Of a stretch of DNA of 64,000 bases, positions 24,622 to 37,548 are shown one piece after another; the stretch's first letter is position 1, and the number at the start of each line of letters is the position of its first letter. Below the pieces are notes generated by a model. It did not search any database. It saw only the letters and a list, made by a program, of their open reading frames with translations, and was not told the origin of the DNA. A program made the translations under genes and the position numbers. Origin of the DNA: Mobula hypostoma (lineage: Eukaryota); the NCBI RefSeq assembly GCF_963921235.1, contig NC_086101.1, positions 9,364,001 to 9,428,000 of the forward strand, written 5' to 3'.

Positions 24622-27600
24622 TTTTGGATCGGGACTACAGAGCGTCGTGGGAGCTGAATTCTGAAGGAAGGCAGTTTTTTAAAAAAACTTCGAGTGCAAG
24701 ACGGGCGAAACTGCGCAGGCGCGTGACGTCAACAGGACCGCGCGGAGAGTTTAAAAAGGAGACCACCCTATACAGCGGGCAGCGGAGTGAGTGGGAGCAG
24801 AGTGTAGGGCTTTGGCCTCAACGGGCTTCGGCGGTAAACGGGAAGAGACGAGAGCGAAGCGCCAACTCTTTTTTTTTCCTCCCCCCCTCCGCCCTACATT
24901 TCGCGAATCGGCCCGGACAGACAGGAACAGCAGGGCTCTCACAGGTAATGGTATGAGCTAACGGTTTAAAAAGTTCGTCTGTTTGGCGAGGTAAGTAGGT
25001 GAGTAGACTTATTTTTCCTGTTTCATTCCTGTAGAATTAGATAGCATGCCTGCAGGGTTAGTGCTTTGTTCAGGGTGTCAGATGTGGGAATCCTGGGAGA
25101 CCTCCAGCCTCCCTGATGGCCACATCTGCGCCAGGTGCACCGAGATGCAGCTCCTCAGAGACCGTGGTAGGGATCTGGAGCTGCAGCTTGGTGACCTACT
25201 GCTTATCAGGGAAAGTGAAAAGGTGATAGACAGGAGCTACAGGGAGGTAGTCATCCCTAGGCTACAGGAGTCAGAAAACTGGGTCACTGTCAAGGGAGGG
25301 AAGGGAAATGCCCGGATAGTGCAGACCACCCCTGTGGCTGTCTCCCTCAGCAACAAATATCTTGTTCTGGATGCTGTTGAGGGGGATGACCTGACAGGGG
25401 ACGCCCACGGTGACCGGGTCTCTGGCACTGAGCCTGGCGCTGTTGTGCAGGAGGGAAGAAGGAAGAAGAGAAATGCGGTGGTCGTAGGGGATTCCATTGG
25501 CAGGGGAATGGACAGGAGATCCTGTGAGCCTGATAGAGATACCCGCATGGTGTGTTGCCTCCCAGGTGCCAGGTTACGGGATGTCTCGGATCGGGTCCTG
25601 AATATTCTAAAGGGGGAGAGTGAGCAGCCACAGTCTTAGTACATGTTGGTACCAATGACATAGATAGGACAAAGGAGGAGGTCCTGAAGAGAGATTTCCA
25701 GGAGTTCAGAAGGAAGCTGAGAAGCAGGACCTCCAGGGTAGTAATCTCGGGATTGCTACCTGTGCCACGTGCTAGCGTGGGCGAGGATAGTCGGATCAGG
25801 CAGATGAATGCGTGGCTGACAGACTGGGGTAGGGGGCAGGCCTTCAGATTCTAGGATAATTGGGATCTCTTCTGGGGGAAGTATGACCCGTTCAAAAATG
25901 ACAGAATACACCTGAACCCGAAGGGGACCAATATCCTGGCGGGAAAGTTTAATAGAGCTGTTAGGGAGGGTTTAAACTAATTTGGCAGGGGGATGGGAAC
26001 CGGAATGACAGAGCGGAGGTAGGGGAAAACAGAAATAAATCTAAGATAGTGAGCAGTAAAGATGTCAGGATAGACAGGCAGGTGATGGGGCAAATTTGCA
26101 GCCATTGGGATGAGTTGCAGTGCAATAAAGTTGCAGTGAAATCAAAGCGAAAAGTATCAAATACTGGTCTTAAAGTGCTGTACTTAAATGCACGCAGCAT
26201 AAGGAATAAGGTGGATGATCTTGTCGTACAGCTACAGATTGGCAGGTATGATATTTTGGCCATCACTGAGACGTGGCTAAAGGATGCATGTCTCTGGGAG
26301 CTGAACGTCCAAGGATACACGGTGTATCGGAAGGATAGGAAGGTAGGCGGGGGGGGCGTGGCTTTATTGGTAAGAAATGATATTAAATCATTAGAGAGAG
26401 GTGATATAGGATCGGAAGGTACAGAATCTTTATGGGTTGAGCTAAGAAATAGCAGGGGTAAAAGGACCCTGATGGCAGTTGCAGTGATGTGGACTACAAA
26501 TTACAACAGGAAATAGAAAAGGCCTGTCAGAAGGGTAGTGTTATGATAATTGTGAGGGATTTTAACATGCGAGTGGATTGGGAAAATCAGGTCGGCACTG
26601 GATCTCAAGAGAGAGAATTTGTAGAATGTCTGCGAGATGGCTTTTTAGAACAGCTTGTTGTTGAGCCCACTAGGGGATCGGCTGTACTGGATTGGGTATT
26701 GTGTAATGAACCGGAGGTGATTAAAGAGATTGTGGTGAAGGAACCCTTAGGAGACAGTGATCATAACACGATTGAGTTCACTGTGAAATTTGAAAAAGAA
26801 AAGCCGAAATCTGATGTGTCGGTATTTCAGTGGAGTAAAGGAAATTACAGTGGCATGAGAGAGGAACAGGCCAAAGTTGACTGGAAAGGAACACTGGCGG
26901 GAAATACAGCAGAGCAGCAGTGTCTGGAGTGTATGCGAGAAGTGAGGAAGGTGCAAGACAGGTATATTCCAAAAAAGCAGAAATTTTCGAGTGGAAAACG
27001 AATGCAACCGTGGTTGACAAGAGAAGTCAAAGCCAAAGTTAAAGCAAAGGAGAGGGCATACAAGGAAGCAAAAATTAGTGGGAACAGAGGACTGGGAAGT
27101 TTTTAAAACCTGACAAAAGGAAACCAAGAAGGTCATTAAGAGAGAAAAGATTAACTATGAAAGGAAACTAGCAAATAATATCAAAGAGGATACTAAAAGC
27201 TTTTTCAAGTATATAAAGAGTAAAAGACAGGTGAGAGTAGATATAGGACTGATAGAAAATGATGCTGGAGAAATTGTTTTGGGAGATAAGGAGATGGCAG
27301 AGGAACTGAACGAGTATTTTGCATCAGTCTTCACTGAGGAAGACGTCAGCAGTATAATGGACACTCAATGGTGGCAGGGAAGAGAAGTGTGCGCAGTCAC
27401 AATTACGACAGAGAAAGTACTCAGGAAGCTGAATAGTCTAAAGGTAGATAAATCTCCCAGACCGGATGGAATGCACCCTTGTGTGCTGAAGGAAGTAGCT
27501 ATGGAGATTGCGGAGGTGTTAGCGATGATCTTTCAAAAGTCGATAGATCCTGGCATCGTTCCGGAGGACTGGAAGATTGCAAATGTCACCCCGCTATTTA

Positions 27601-29028
27601 AGAAAGGGGCAAGGAAGGAAAAAGGAAATTATAGACCTGTTAGCTTGACATCGGTGGTTGGGAAGTTGTTGGAGTCGATTATCAAGGATTAGGTTACAGA
27701 GTACCTAGAGGCATATGACAAGACAGGCAGAACTCAGCATGGATTCCTTAAAGGAAAATCCTGCCTGACAAACCTATTACATTTTTTTGAGGAAACTACC
27801 AGTAGGCGAGACAAGGGAGATGCAGTGGATGTTGTATATTTGGATTTTCAGAAGGCCTTTGACAAGATGCCACACGTGAGGCTACATAACAAGATAAATG
27901 CTCATGGAATTACGGGAAATTTACATACGTGGATAGAGCGTTGGCTGATTGGCAGGAAACAGAGAGTGGGAATAAAGGGATCCTGTTCTGGTTGGCTGCC
28001 AGTTACCAGTGGTGTTCCACAAGGGTTCGTGTTGGGGCTGCTTCTTTTTGCGTTATACATCAACGATTTGGATTATAGAATAGATGGCTTTGTGGCTAAG
28101 TTTGCTGACGATACGAAGATAGGTGGAGGGGCCGGTAGTGCTGAGGAAACGGAGAGTCTGCAGAGAGACTTGGATGGATTGGAAGAATGGGCAGAGAAGT
28201 GGCAAATGAAGTATAATGTTGGAAAGTGTATGGTTATGCACTTTGGCAGAAAAAATAAATGGGCAGACTATTATTTAAATGGGGAAAGAATTCAAAGTTC
28301 TGAGATGCAATGGGACTTGGGAGTCCTCGTACAGGATACCCTTAAAGTTAACCTCCAGGTTGAGTCAGTAGTGAAGAAGGCGAATGCAATGTTGGCATTC
28401 ATTTCTAGAGGAATAGAGTATAGGAGCAGGGATGTGATGTTGAGGCTCTATAAGGAGCTGGTGAGACCTCACTTGGAGAACTGTGGGCAGTTTTGGTCTC
28501 CTTATTTAAGAAAGGATGTACTGACGTTGGAGAGTTACAGAGAAGATTCACTAGAATGATTCCGGGAATGAGAGGGTTAACATATGAGGAACGTTTGTCC
28601 GCTCTTGGACTGTATTCCTTGGAGTTTAGAAGAATGAGGGGAGACCTCATAGAAATATTTCGAATGTTGAAAGGCATGGACAGAGTGGATGTGGCAAAGT
28701 TGCTTCCCATGATGGGGGAGTCTAGTACGAGAGGGCATGACTTAGGGATGAAGGGCGCCCATTCAGAAGAGAAATGCGAAGAAATTTTTTTAGTCAGAGG
28801 CTGTTGAATCTATGGAATTTGTTGCCACGGGCAGCAGTGGAGGCCAAGTCACTGGGTGTATTTAAGGCAGAGATTGAGAGGTAGCTGAGTAGCCAGGGCA
28901 TCAAAGGTTACGGTGAGAAGGCGGGGGATTGGAACTGAATGGGAGAATTGGTCAGCTCATGATAAAATGGCGGAGCAGACTTGATGGGCCGAATGGCCGA
29001 CTTCTGCTCCTTTGTCTTATGGTCTTAT
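24622..29028 (+). mobile_element. Full-length CR1 LINE (5'UTR, ORF1, ORF2, tail), disrupted, nested in an older CR1
   Basis: 7-bp TSD AGTATTC (24615-24621 and 29029-29035). ORF1 25046-25980 has a C-x2-C-x16-C-x2-C finger, a leucine zipper and an SGNH esterase (GDS, GTND, DxxH). ORF2 starts at LKVLYLNARSIRNK (~26170) with APE endonuclease and RT (FADD), and has several frameshifts and stops. Tail gtcttatggtcttat. Confidence 0.93.
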
Positions 29029-30695
29029 AGTATTCACCAGGGAAAAAGACCTTGACAATTGTGGGGATTACTTACAGTGGACTCAAATGCTTGAGCATAT
29101 CGACATTGAGAAAGAGGATGTGCTGGAGGTTTTGAAAAATATTAAGTCACCGGGACCGGATGAGATATACCGCAGGCTACTGTGGGAAGCGAGGGACGAG
29201 ATTGCTGAGCACCTTGCGATGATTTTTGTGTCATCAATTGGGTCGGGAGAAGAACCGGAGGATTGGCGAGTTGCAAATGTTGTTCCCTTGTTCAAGAAAG
29301 GAAGTCTATAACCGAAGAAATTATTGACCAGTGAGCCTGACTTCAGTGCTGGGAAAGTTGTTGAAGATTCTGAGAGGCAGGGTTTATTAGCATTTGGAGA
29401 GACATAATCTGATTATGGTTAGTCAGCATGGCCTTATCAAGGGCAGGTCATGGCTTACGAGCCTGATTGAAACTCTTGAGGAAGTAGCAAAGCACATTGA
29501 TGAAGGTAGACCAGTGGATGTAGTGTATATGAATTTCAGTAAGGCATTTGATAAGGTTCCCCATGGCAGGCTCCTTCAGAAAGTAAGGAGGCAAGGGATC
29601 CAAAGGGACCTTGCTTTGTGGATCCAGGACTGGCTTGCTCACTGAAGACATAGGATAGTTGTAGATGGTTCATATTCTGTATGGAGGTAGGTGACCAGTG
29701 GTGTTCCACGGGAATCTGTTCCGGGACCCCTCCTCTTTGTGATTTTAATAAATGACCTGGATGAAGAAGTAAAAGGGTGGGTTAATAAGTTTGCTGATGA
29801 CACAAAGGTTGGGGATATTGTGGATAGTCTGGAGGGTTGCCAGAGGTTGCAGCGGGACATCGATAGGATGCAGAACTGGGCTGAGAAGTGGCAGATTGTT
29901 TCAACCCAGATAAGAGTGAAGTGGCTCATTTTGGGACATCAAATTTGAAGACAGAATATAATATTAATAGTAATCCTCTTGGCAGTGTGGTAGATCGGAG
30001 AGATCTTGGAGTCCATGTCCATAGGACACTCAGAGCTGCTGAGCAGGGTGACAGTGCTGTTAAGAAGGCGTATAGTGTGTTGGCATTCACCAACCGTGGG
30101 ATTGAGTTCAAGAGCCGTGAGGTAATGTTACAGCTATATGAGACCTTGGTCACACCTCCTTGCAGCACTGTGTTCATTTGTGTACAGGAAGGATGTGGAT
30201 ACTACAGAGAGAGTGCAGAGGAGATTTACAAGGATGTTGTCTGGATTGGAGGGCGTACCTATGTGAATAGAATGAGTGAACTTGGCCTTTTCTCCCTGGA
30301 GTGATGTGGGATTATAGGTGACATGATAGAGGTGTATACGATAATGAGGGACATTGATCGTGTGGCAGTCAGAGGTTTTTATCCTAAGGCTGAAATGGCT
30401 AACACGGTGGGGTGGGGGGCATCGTTTTAAGGTGCTTGGAGATAAGTGACGAGGGGATGTCAGGGGTACGTTTTTCCACACAGAGAGTGGTGGGTGTGTG
30501 GAATGCACTGCCGGTGGCGGTGGTAGACGCCGATACAATAGGGTCTTTTAAGAGTCTCTCAGATAGGTACATAGAGCTTAGAAAAATAGAGGGCTATGCA
30601 GTAAGGAAATTCTAGGCAGTTTCTAGAGGTTACATGATTGGCAAAATGTTGTGATCCAAAGGGCCTGTCATGTGCTATAGATGTCTATGTTCTGT
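29029..30695 (+). mobile_element. Continuation of the older CR1 (RT and 3' end)
   Basis: SVFTREKD...SPGPD...PEDWRVANVVPLFKKG...SKAFDKVPH...FADDTK, ending in a tctatgttct tail. Confidence 0.85.
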
Positions 30696-31264
30696 GCCGA
30701 ATTTCCTTGGCCTACTGAGGAGGAAGAGGCACTGGTGCAATTTCTCAGCCATTTTCCGTCTACCACAAATAGCTTCCACTGATCTAACCAGTTACTGTTG
30801 TTCTCTCAAGCTTCCTGCTTTGTTCACCATCTCCAGAGACAGAGATCTGTTTTCTCTGACGCTCCGAATTACTGTCAGTCACCACAAGGGGGCGATGAGA
30901 GATCGTCTGCCCATTGTTGTCACGTGGGATTCAGCTCGACAGCTGTGCGACCAGGAGGAGCCACTGTTGAGAAGTCCCCTCCGAGTCTGACTGTGTCTGA
31001 TGGTGGGTGGGGTGGGCTGGTGGGGGGTTGTCACTGCAGGAAGTCAGCAACAGAGAAGCGCCTTCGGTAAGTCAAGACTCTCAGTAAAAATGTACTGAGA
31101 TGCGTTTCCTAAAGTGAGATAAAGGGACACTGACAACGGCAGATGTACAATACACAGGACAATTACAGTAGACAATTACAAATGCTGACAACTCTGAATT
31201 TCTCAGAGTAAATATTTTGCATGTCCTGTTCCAGGCCCAGCACGTAAATACAATTACGAAGAAA

Positions 31265-31958
31265 GCACAGCAGGCCCTCCACATTCTTGGAATTTGCAGA
31301 GATCCAGCAGGATATCAAAAATTTAACAAAGTTCTGTGACCGTATAGTGGAGAGTATATTGACTGGCTGCATCACAGCCTGGGATGGAAACACCAAAACC
31401 CTTGAATGGAAAATCCAACAAAAAATAGTGGATACACCCCTTTCCATCGTGAGTGAAGCCCTCCACTGCATTGAGCACATCGACATGAAACACTGTCGCA
31501 GGAAATCAGCTTTCATCATCAGCGACCCCCAACACCACGGGCATGCACTTTTCTCACAGCTGCCATGAGGACGAAGGTACATGAACCTCAGGGTGAGAAC
31601 CACCAGGTTCAAGAGCAGTTACTACCCCTCAGCCATCAGGCTCTTGGACAAAAGGGGATAACCACAGTGCCCATCACTGAATCGTTCCCATTATCTAAGG
31701 ACTCTCTTTGAAATTGTCTTCATTTCATGTTCTTGATATTTATTGATTATTTATTATTATTTATTTTGGCGTTTTGTATTTGCAGTTTGTTGTCGTTTGC
31801 ACACTGGTTAAACGGCCAGGTTCGTGCGGTCTTTCATTGATTCCGTTATGTTTGTTATTATTCTGTTGATTTATCGAGTATGCCCGCAAGAAAATGAACA
31901 CCAGGGTTGTATATGGTGAGGTTTATGTACTTTGATAATAAGTTTGCTTTGAACTTTG
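31265..31958 (+). mobile_element. Decayed Rex1/Babar-type 3' fragment
   Basis: VESILTGCITAW...DPQHHGHALFSQLP. (ACTTTGA)n tail. Confidence 0.65.
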
Positions 31959-32684
31959 AACTGCCAGTCACCTCCGTCTGGTTCCCCATCTCCTCCTTCC
32001 TTTTCTGCTCTAGTCCTCTGTCCACTCCTGTCATACTCCTTCTTCAGCCCTTTAACTCCTCCAACTATCACCTCCAGCCTCATAATTCACTCCCTCCCCT
32101 CTCCGGCACACACACCCACCTTTCCTCTCACTTTGTCTCACCTATCATCCGCAGCTTGTACTCCCCGCCCCCCAACCCCCGCCCCACCTTATTCTGGCTT
32201 CTTCCTCCTTTCCAGTCGATGGAGACTTGCCCCCGAAACATCGACTGGTTATTCCCCTCCACTGGTGCTGCCTGACCTGCTATTGTCCAGTTGCACGTAC
32301 ATCCGCTGTGATGAAATGCTTTGAGAGGTTGAACTACCTCAGCTCCTGCCCGAGCAGCAGCTACTGTCCAGTTTGCCCACTGTCGTAACAAATCCACAGC
32401 AGATGCCATTTCATTGACTCTTCACTCAGCCATGGAACATCCGGACAGTGAAGATGCAGACATCAGGATGCTCTCCACTCAACACTGTCATCCTCTCAAA
32501 ACTAATCAATAAGCTCCAAGACCGAGGCCTCGATACCTCCTCGTACAACTGGATCCTCCATTCCCTCACTCTCAGACATCAGTCAGTTGGGATTGGCAAC
32601 AACATCTCCTCCGCCAGCGCAGCGACTCAAGGCTTTGTCCCGAGCTCACTGCTCTGCTCGCTTTAGGACTCTGAGGGTAAACAC

Positions 32685-33482
32685 AGCTTTGTCACATGGT
32701 GGGAGCAGAATTATCTGCAGCTTAATGTGAAAAAGACTAAGGAGCTGGTGGTAGACCTGAGGAGAGCTAAGGTACCGGTGAACCCTGTTAGCCTCCAAGA
32801 GGGTCAGTGTGGACATGGTGGAGGATTACAAATACCTGGGGATACGAATTGATAATAAACTGGACTGGTCAAAGAACACTGAGGCTGTCTACAAGAAGGG
32901 TCAGAGCCGTCTCTATTTCCTGAGGAGACTGAGGTCCTTTAACATCTGCCGGACGATGCTGAGGATGTTCTACGAGTCTGTGGTGGCCAGTGCTATCATG
33001 GTTGCTGTTGTGTGCTGGGGCAGCAGGCTGAGGATAGCAGACACCAACAGAATCAACAATCTCATTCGTAAGGCCAGTGATGTTGTGGGGATGGAACTGG
33101 ACTCTCTCACGGTGGTGTCTGAAAAGAGGATGCTGTCTAAGTTGCATGCCATCTCGGACAATGTCTCCCATCCATTACCTAATGTACTGGTTGGGCACAG
33201 GTGTACATTCAGCCAGAGACTCATTCCACCGAGATGCAACACAGAGCGTCATAGGAAGTCATTCCTGCCTGTGGCCATCAAACTTTACAACTGCTCCCTT
33301 GGAGTGTCAGACTCCCTGAGCCAATCGGCTGGTCCTGGACTTATTTCACAATTTACTGGCATAATTTACATATTATTATTTAACTATTTATGGTTTTATT
33401 ACTATTTATTATTTATGGTGCAACTGTAACGAAAACCAATTTCCCCCGGGATCAATAAAATATGACTATGACTATGACTATA
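32685..33482 (+). mobile_element. Rex1-type LINE 3' end with (ATGACT)n tail
   Basis: YKYLGIRIDNKLDWSKNT...RLYFLRRLRSFN...SFLPVAIKLYN. Same subfamily as 49208-51165 and 61586-63112. Confidence 0.88.
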
Positions 33483-34097
33483 ACGTCATATTTAAGTTTG
33501 CTGACTATTGTTGGCGGATTCCAAGGTGGTGACGAGTCGGCATATATTAGGGAATTGAAAATCAGGCTGTTTGGTGCCACAACAACAACCGCTCACTCAA
33601 TGTCAGCAGAACCAGGCCGACTGTCGTCTGGAGAAGGGAATAACCGGAGGTCCATGAGGTAGACCTCATCAGGGAGGGGTGAATGCCTTTAAATTCCTTA
33701 TGGTTCTGATTTCAGTGGATTTGTTCAGGGTCCAGCACATTAAGCGCCATGACCAAGAAGACACGGCATTGCCTCTACTGTGATAGTACAGAATTTGCGC
33801 AGATTCGACATGCCATCTAAAACTTTGACAAACTTCTACAGATACGCAGTGGGGATTATCCTGACTGCTTGCATCACGGCCTGCTGTGGAAACACAAATG
33901 CCCAGAGTGAACACAGCCCAGACTGTCGCAGGAAAAGCCTTCCTCGCCACTGAGCGCATCTGACAGGGAACGCTGCCATAAGAAAGCAACATCCTTAATT
34001 AAGGCCATATTCTCTCCTCGCTGCTGCCATTGGGAGCCGAACGTGCCACAGCAACAGTACTGTATCAGGAAAAGTTGCAGAGAGAACGGTCAGAAGG

Positions 34098-34263
34098 TTA
34101 TCTCTGTTACGAGTCCGGGACAGTTTCATTTTACAACGCGGAGACCACGTCCCATCTCCACATCTTCACTGGAAATAAATTCACAAGGAAACTTTATTCT
34201 TTCTTCTGGACTTGGCATAAAAACCAGTGGCTGGGAATCTGCTCCGGTTCCGCTCCGGGTCTG
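34098..34263 (+). pseudogene. Truncated paralogous SPRY exon remnant (TRIM pseudogene fragment)
   Basis: YLCYESGTVSFYNAETTSHLHIFTGNKFTRKLYSFFWTWHKNQWLGICSGSAPGL aligns to 5575-5740. The 5' two-thirds of the exon and the splice acceptor are absent. The stop codon is removed by a small deletion. Confidence 0.88.
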
Positions 34264-34659
34264 GTCCCGGGACCGGCGACAGGAGTAACTCGGTGCAATA
34301 TAAGTATGTAGAGAATGAAATAAAGGACGAATTATAGGTCCATTAATTTTAATATGTTTACTGCATCCACCAACGGAACAGAAATATCACGTATTCAGTA
34401 GCAGCCGCGGGCTATGAGTTCTGAGCTGTCCGGTCCTAAAGTCCACCTACAATGTGACAGGCTAATTTGGACAAGCGGTGGTGGTGCTGACTGGGAGCGG
34501 TCAAGGTGAATGTTAGGGAATGGCCAGGCAACGCTGGAAACACACAAAGTGCCGGAGATTCTCAGCGAGACAGGCAGGATGGGAATGGGAAATGAACAGT
34601 TACCATTTCGGCTCCAGACCCTTCATCTGGGCTGAAAGAAAGAGGGGAGATGGCCGGTA

Positions 34660-37548
34660 GAAACATAGAAACATAGAAAATAGGTGCAGGAGTAGGCCAT
34701 TCGGCCCTTCGAGCCTGCACCGCCATTTATTATGATCATGGCTGATCATCCAACTCAGAACCCAGCCTTCCCTCCATACCCCCTGACCCCTGTAGCCACA
34801 AGGGCCATATCTAACTTCCTTTTAAACATAGCTAATGAACTGGCCTCAACAGTTTGCTGTGGCAGAGAATTCCACAGATTCACCACTCTCTGTGTGAAGA
34901 AGTTTTTCCTAACCTCGGTCCTAAAAGGCTTCCCCTCTATCCTCAAACTGTGACCCCTCGTTCTAGACCTCCCCAACATCGGGAACAATCTTCCCGCATC
35001 TAGCCTGTCCAATCCCTTTAGGATCTTATACGTTTCAATCAGATCCCCCCTCAATCTTCTAAATTCCAACGAGTACAAGCCCAGTTCATCCAGTCTTTCT
35101 TCATATGAAAGACCTGCCATCCCAGGAATCAATCTGGTGAACCTTCTTTGTACTCCCTCTATGGCAAAGATGTCTTTCCTCAGATTAGGGGACCAAAACT
35201 GCACACAATACTCCAGGTGTGGTCTCACCAAGGCCTTGTACAACTGCAGTAGTACCTCCCTGCTCCTGTACTCGAATCCTCTCGCTATAAATGCCAGCAT
35301 ACCGTTCGCCTTTTTCACCGCCTGCTGTACCTGCATGCCCACTTTCAATGACTGGTGTATAATGACACCCAGGTCTCGTTGCACCTCCCCTTTTCCTAAT
35401 CGGCCACCATTCAGATAATAATCTGTTTTCCTATTTTTGCCACCAAAGTGGATAACTTCACATTTATCCACATTAAATTGCATCTGCCATGCGTTTGCCC
35501 ACTCACCCAACCTATCCAAGTCACCCTGCATCCTCTTAGCATCCTCCTCACTGCTAACACTGCCACCCAGCTTCGTGTCATCCGCAAACCTGGAGATGCT
35601 GCATTTAATTCCCTCATCCAAGTCATTAATATATATTGTAAACAACTGGGGTCCCAGCACTGAGCCTTGCGGTACCCCACTAGTCACCGCCTGCCATTCT
35701 GAAAAGGTCCCGTTTATTCCCACTCTTTGCTTCCTGTCTGCTAACCAATTCTCCACCCACACCAATACCTTACCCCCAATACCGTGTGCTTTAAGTTTGC
35801 ACACTAATCTCCTGTGTGGGACCTTGTCAAAAGCCTTTTGAAAATCCAAATATACCACATCCACTGGTTCTCCCCTATCCACTCTACTAGTTACATCCTC
35901 AAAAAATTCTATGAGATTCGTCAGACATGATTTTCCTTTCACAAATCCATGCTGACTTTGTCCGATCATTTCACCGCTTTCCAAATGTGCTGTTATCACA
36001 TCCTTGATAACTGACTCCAGCAGTTTCCCCACCACTGACGTTAGGCTAACCGGCCTATAATTCCCCGGTTTCTCTCTCCCTCCTTTTTTAAAAAGTGGGG
36101 TTACATTAGCCACCCTCCAATCCTCAGGAACTAGTCCAGAATCTAACGAGTTTTGAAAAATTATCACTAATGCATCCACTATTTCTTGGGCCACTTCCTT
36201 AAGCACTCTGGGATGCAGACCATCTGGCCCTGGGGATTTATCTGCCTTCAATCCCTTCAATTTACCTAACACCACTTCCCTACTAACATGTATTTCGCTC
36301 AGTTCCTCCATCTCACTGGACCCTCTGTCCCTTACTATTTCTGGAAGATTATTTATGTCCTCCTTAGTGAAGACAGAACAAAAGTAATTATTCAATTGGT
36401 CTGCCATGTCCTTGCTCCCCATAATCAATTCACCTGTTTCTGTTTGCAGGGGACCTACATTTGTCTTTATCAGTCTTTTCCTTTTTACATATCTATAAAA
36501 GCTTTTACAGTCCGTTTTTATGTTCTCTGCCAGTTTTCTCTCATAATCTTTTTTCCCCTTCCTAATTAAGCCCTTTGTCCTCCTCTGCTGAACTCTGAAT
36601 TTCTCCCAGTCCTCAGGTGAGCCACTTTCTCTGGCTAATTTGTATGCTACTTCTTTGGAATTGATACTATCCCTAATTTCTCTTGTCAGCCACGGGTGCA
36701 CTACCTTCCTTGATTTATTCTTTTGCCAAACTGGGATGAACAATTGTTGTAGTTCATCCATGCAACCTTTAAATGCCTGCCATTGCATATCCACCGTCAA
36801 TCCTTGAAGTGTCATTTGCCAGTCTATCTTAGCTAATTCACGTCTCATACCTTCAAAGTTACCCCTCTTTAAGTTCAGAACCTTTGTTTCTGAATTAACT
36901 ACGTCACTCTCCATGTTAATGAAGAATTCCACCATATTATGGTCACTCTTACCCAAGGGGCCTCTCACGACAAGATCGCTAATTAACCCTTCCTCATTGC
37001 TCAAAACCCAGTCCAGAATAGCCTGCTCTCTAGTCGGTTCCTCGACATGTTGGTTCAAAAAACCATCCCGCATACATTCCAAGAAATCTTCTTCCTCAGC
37101 ACCTTTACCAATTTGGTTCACCCAGTCTACATGTAGATTGAAGTCACCCATTATAACTGCTGTTCCTTTATTGCACACATTTCTAATTTCCTGTTTAATA
37201 CCATCTCCGACCTCACTACTACTGTTAGGTGGCCTGTACACAACTCCCACCAGCGTCTTCTGCCCCTTAGTGTTACGCAGCTCTACCCATATCGATTCCA
37301 CAACTTCCCGGCTTATGTCCTTCCTTTCTATTGCGTTAATCTCTTTTTTAACCAGCAACGCCACCCCACCTCCCCTTCCTTCATGTCTATCCCTCCTGAA
37401 TATTGAATATCCCTGAACGTTGAGCTCCCATCCCTGGTCACCCTGGAGCCATGTCTCTGTGATCCCAACTATATCATAATCATTAATAACAATCTGCACT
37501 TTCAATTCATCCACCTTATTACGAATGCTCCTTGCATTGACACATAAA
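34660..37548 (-). mobile_element. 5'-truncated CR1 LINE with an uninterrupted ORF2 frame (endonuclease plus RT)
   Basis: Frame 34755-~37548 has no stops: NARSIRNK, ITETW, GDFN, SDH (APE endonuclease), [20 protein letters not shown] (RT). (TTCTATGT)n tail at 34660-34680. Possible 4-bp TSD GGTA (34656-34659 and 37549-37552). Confidence 0.95.
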
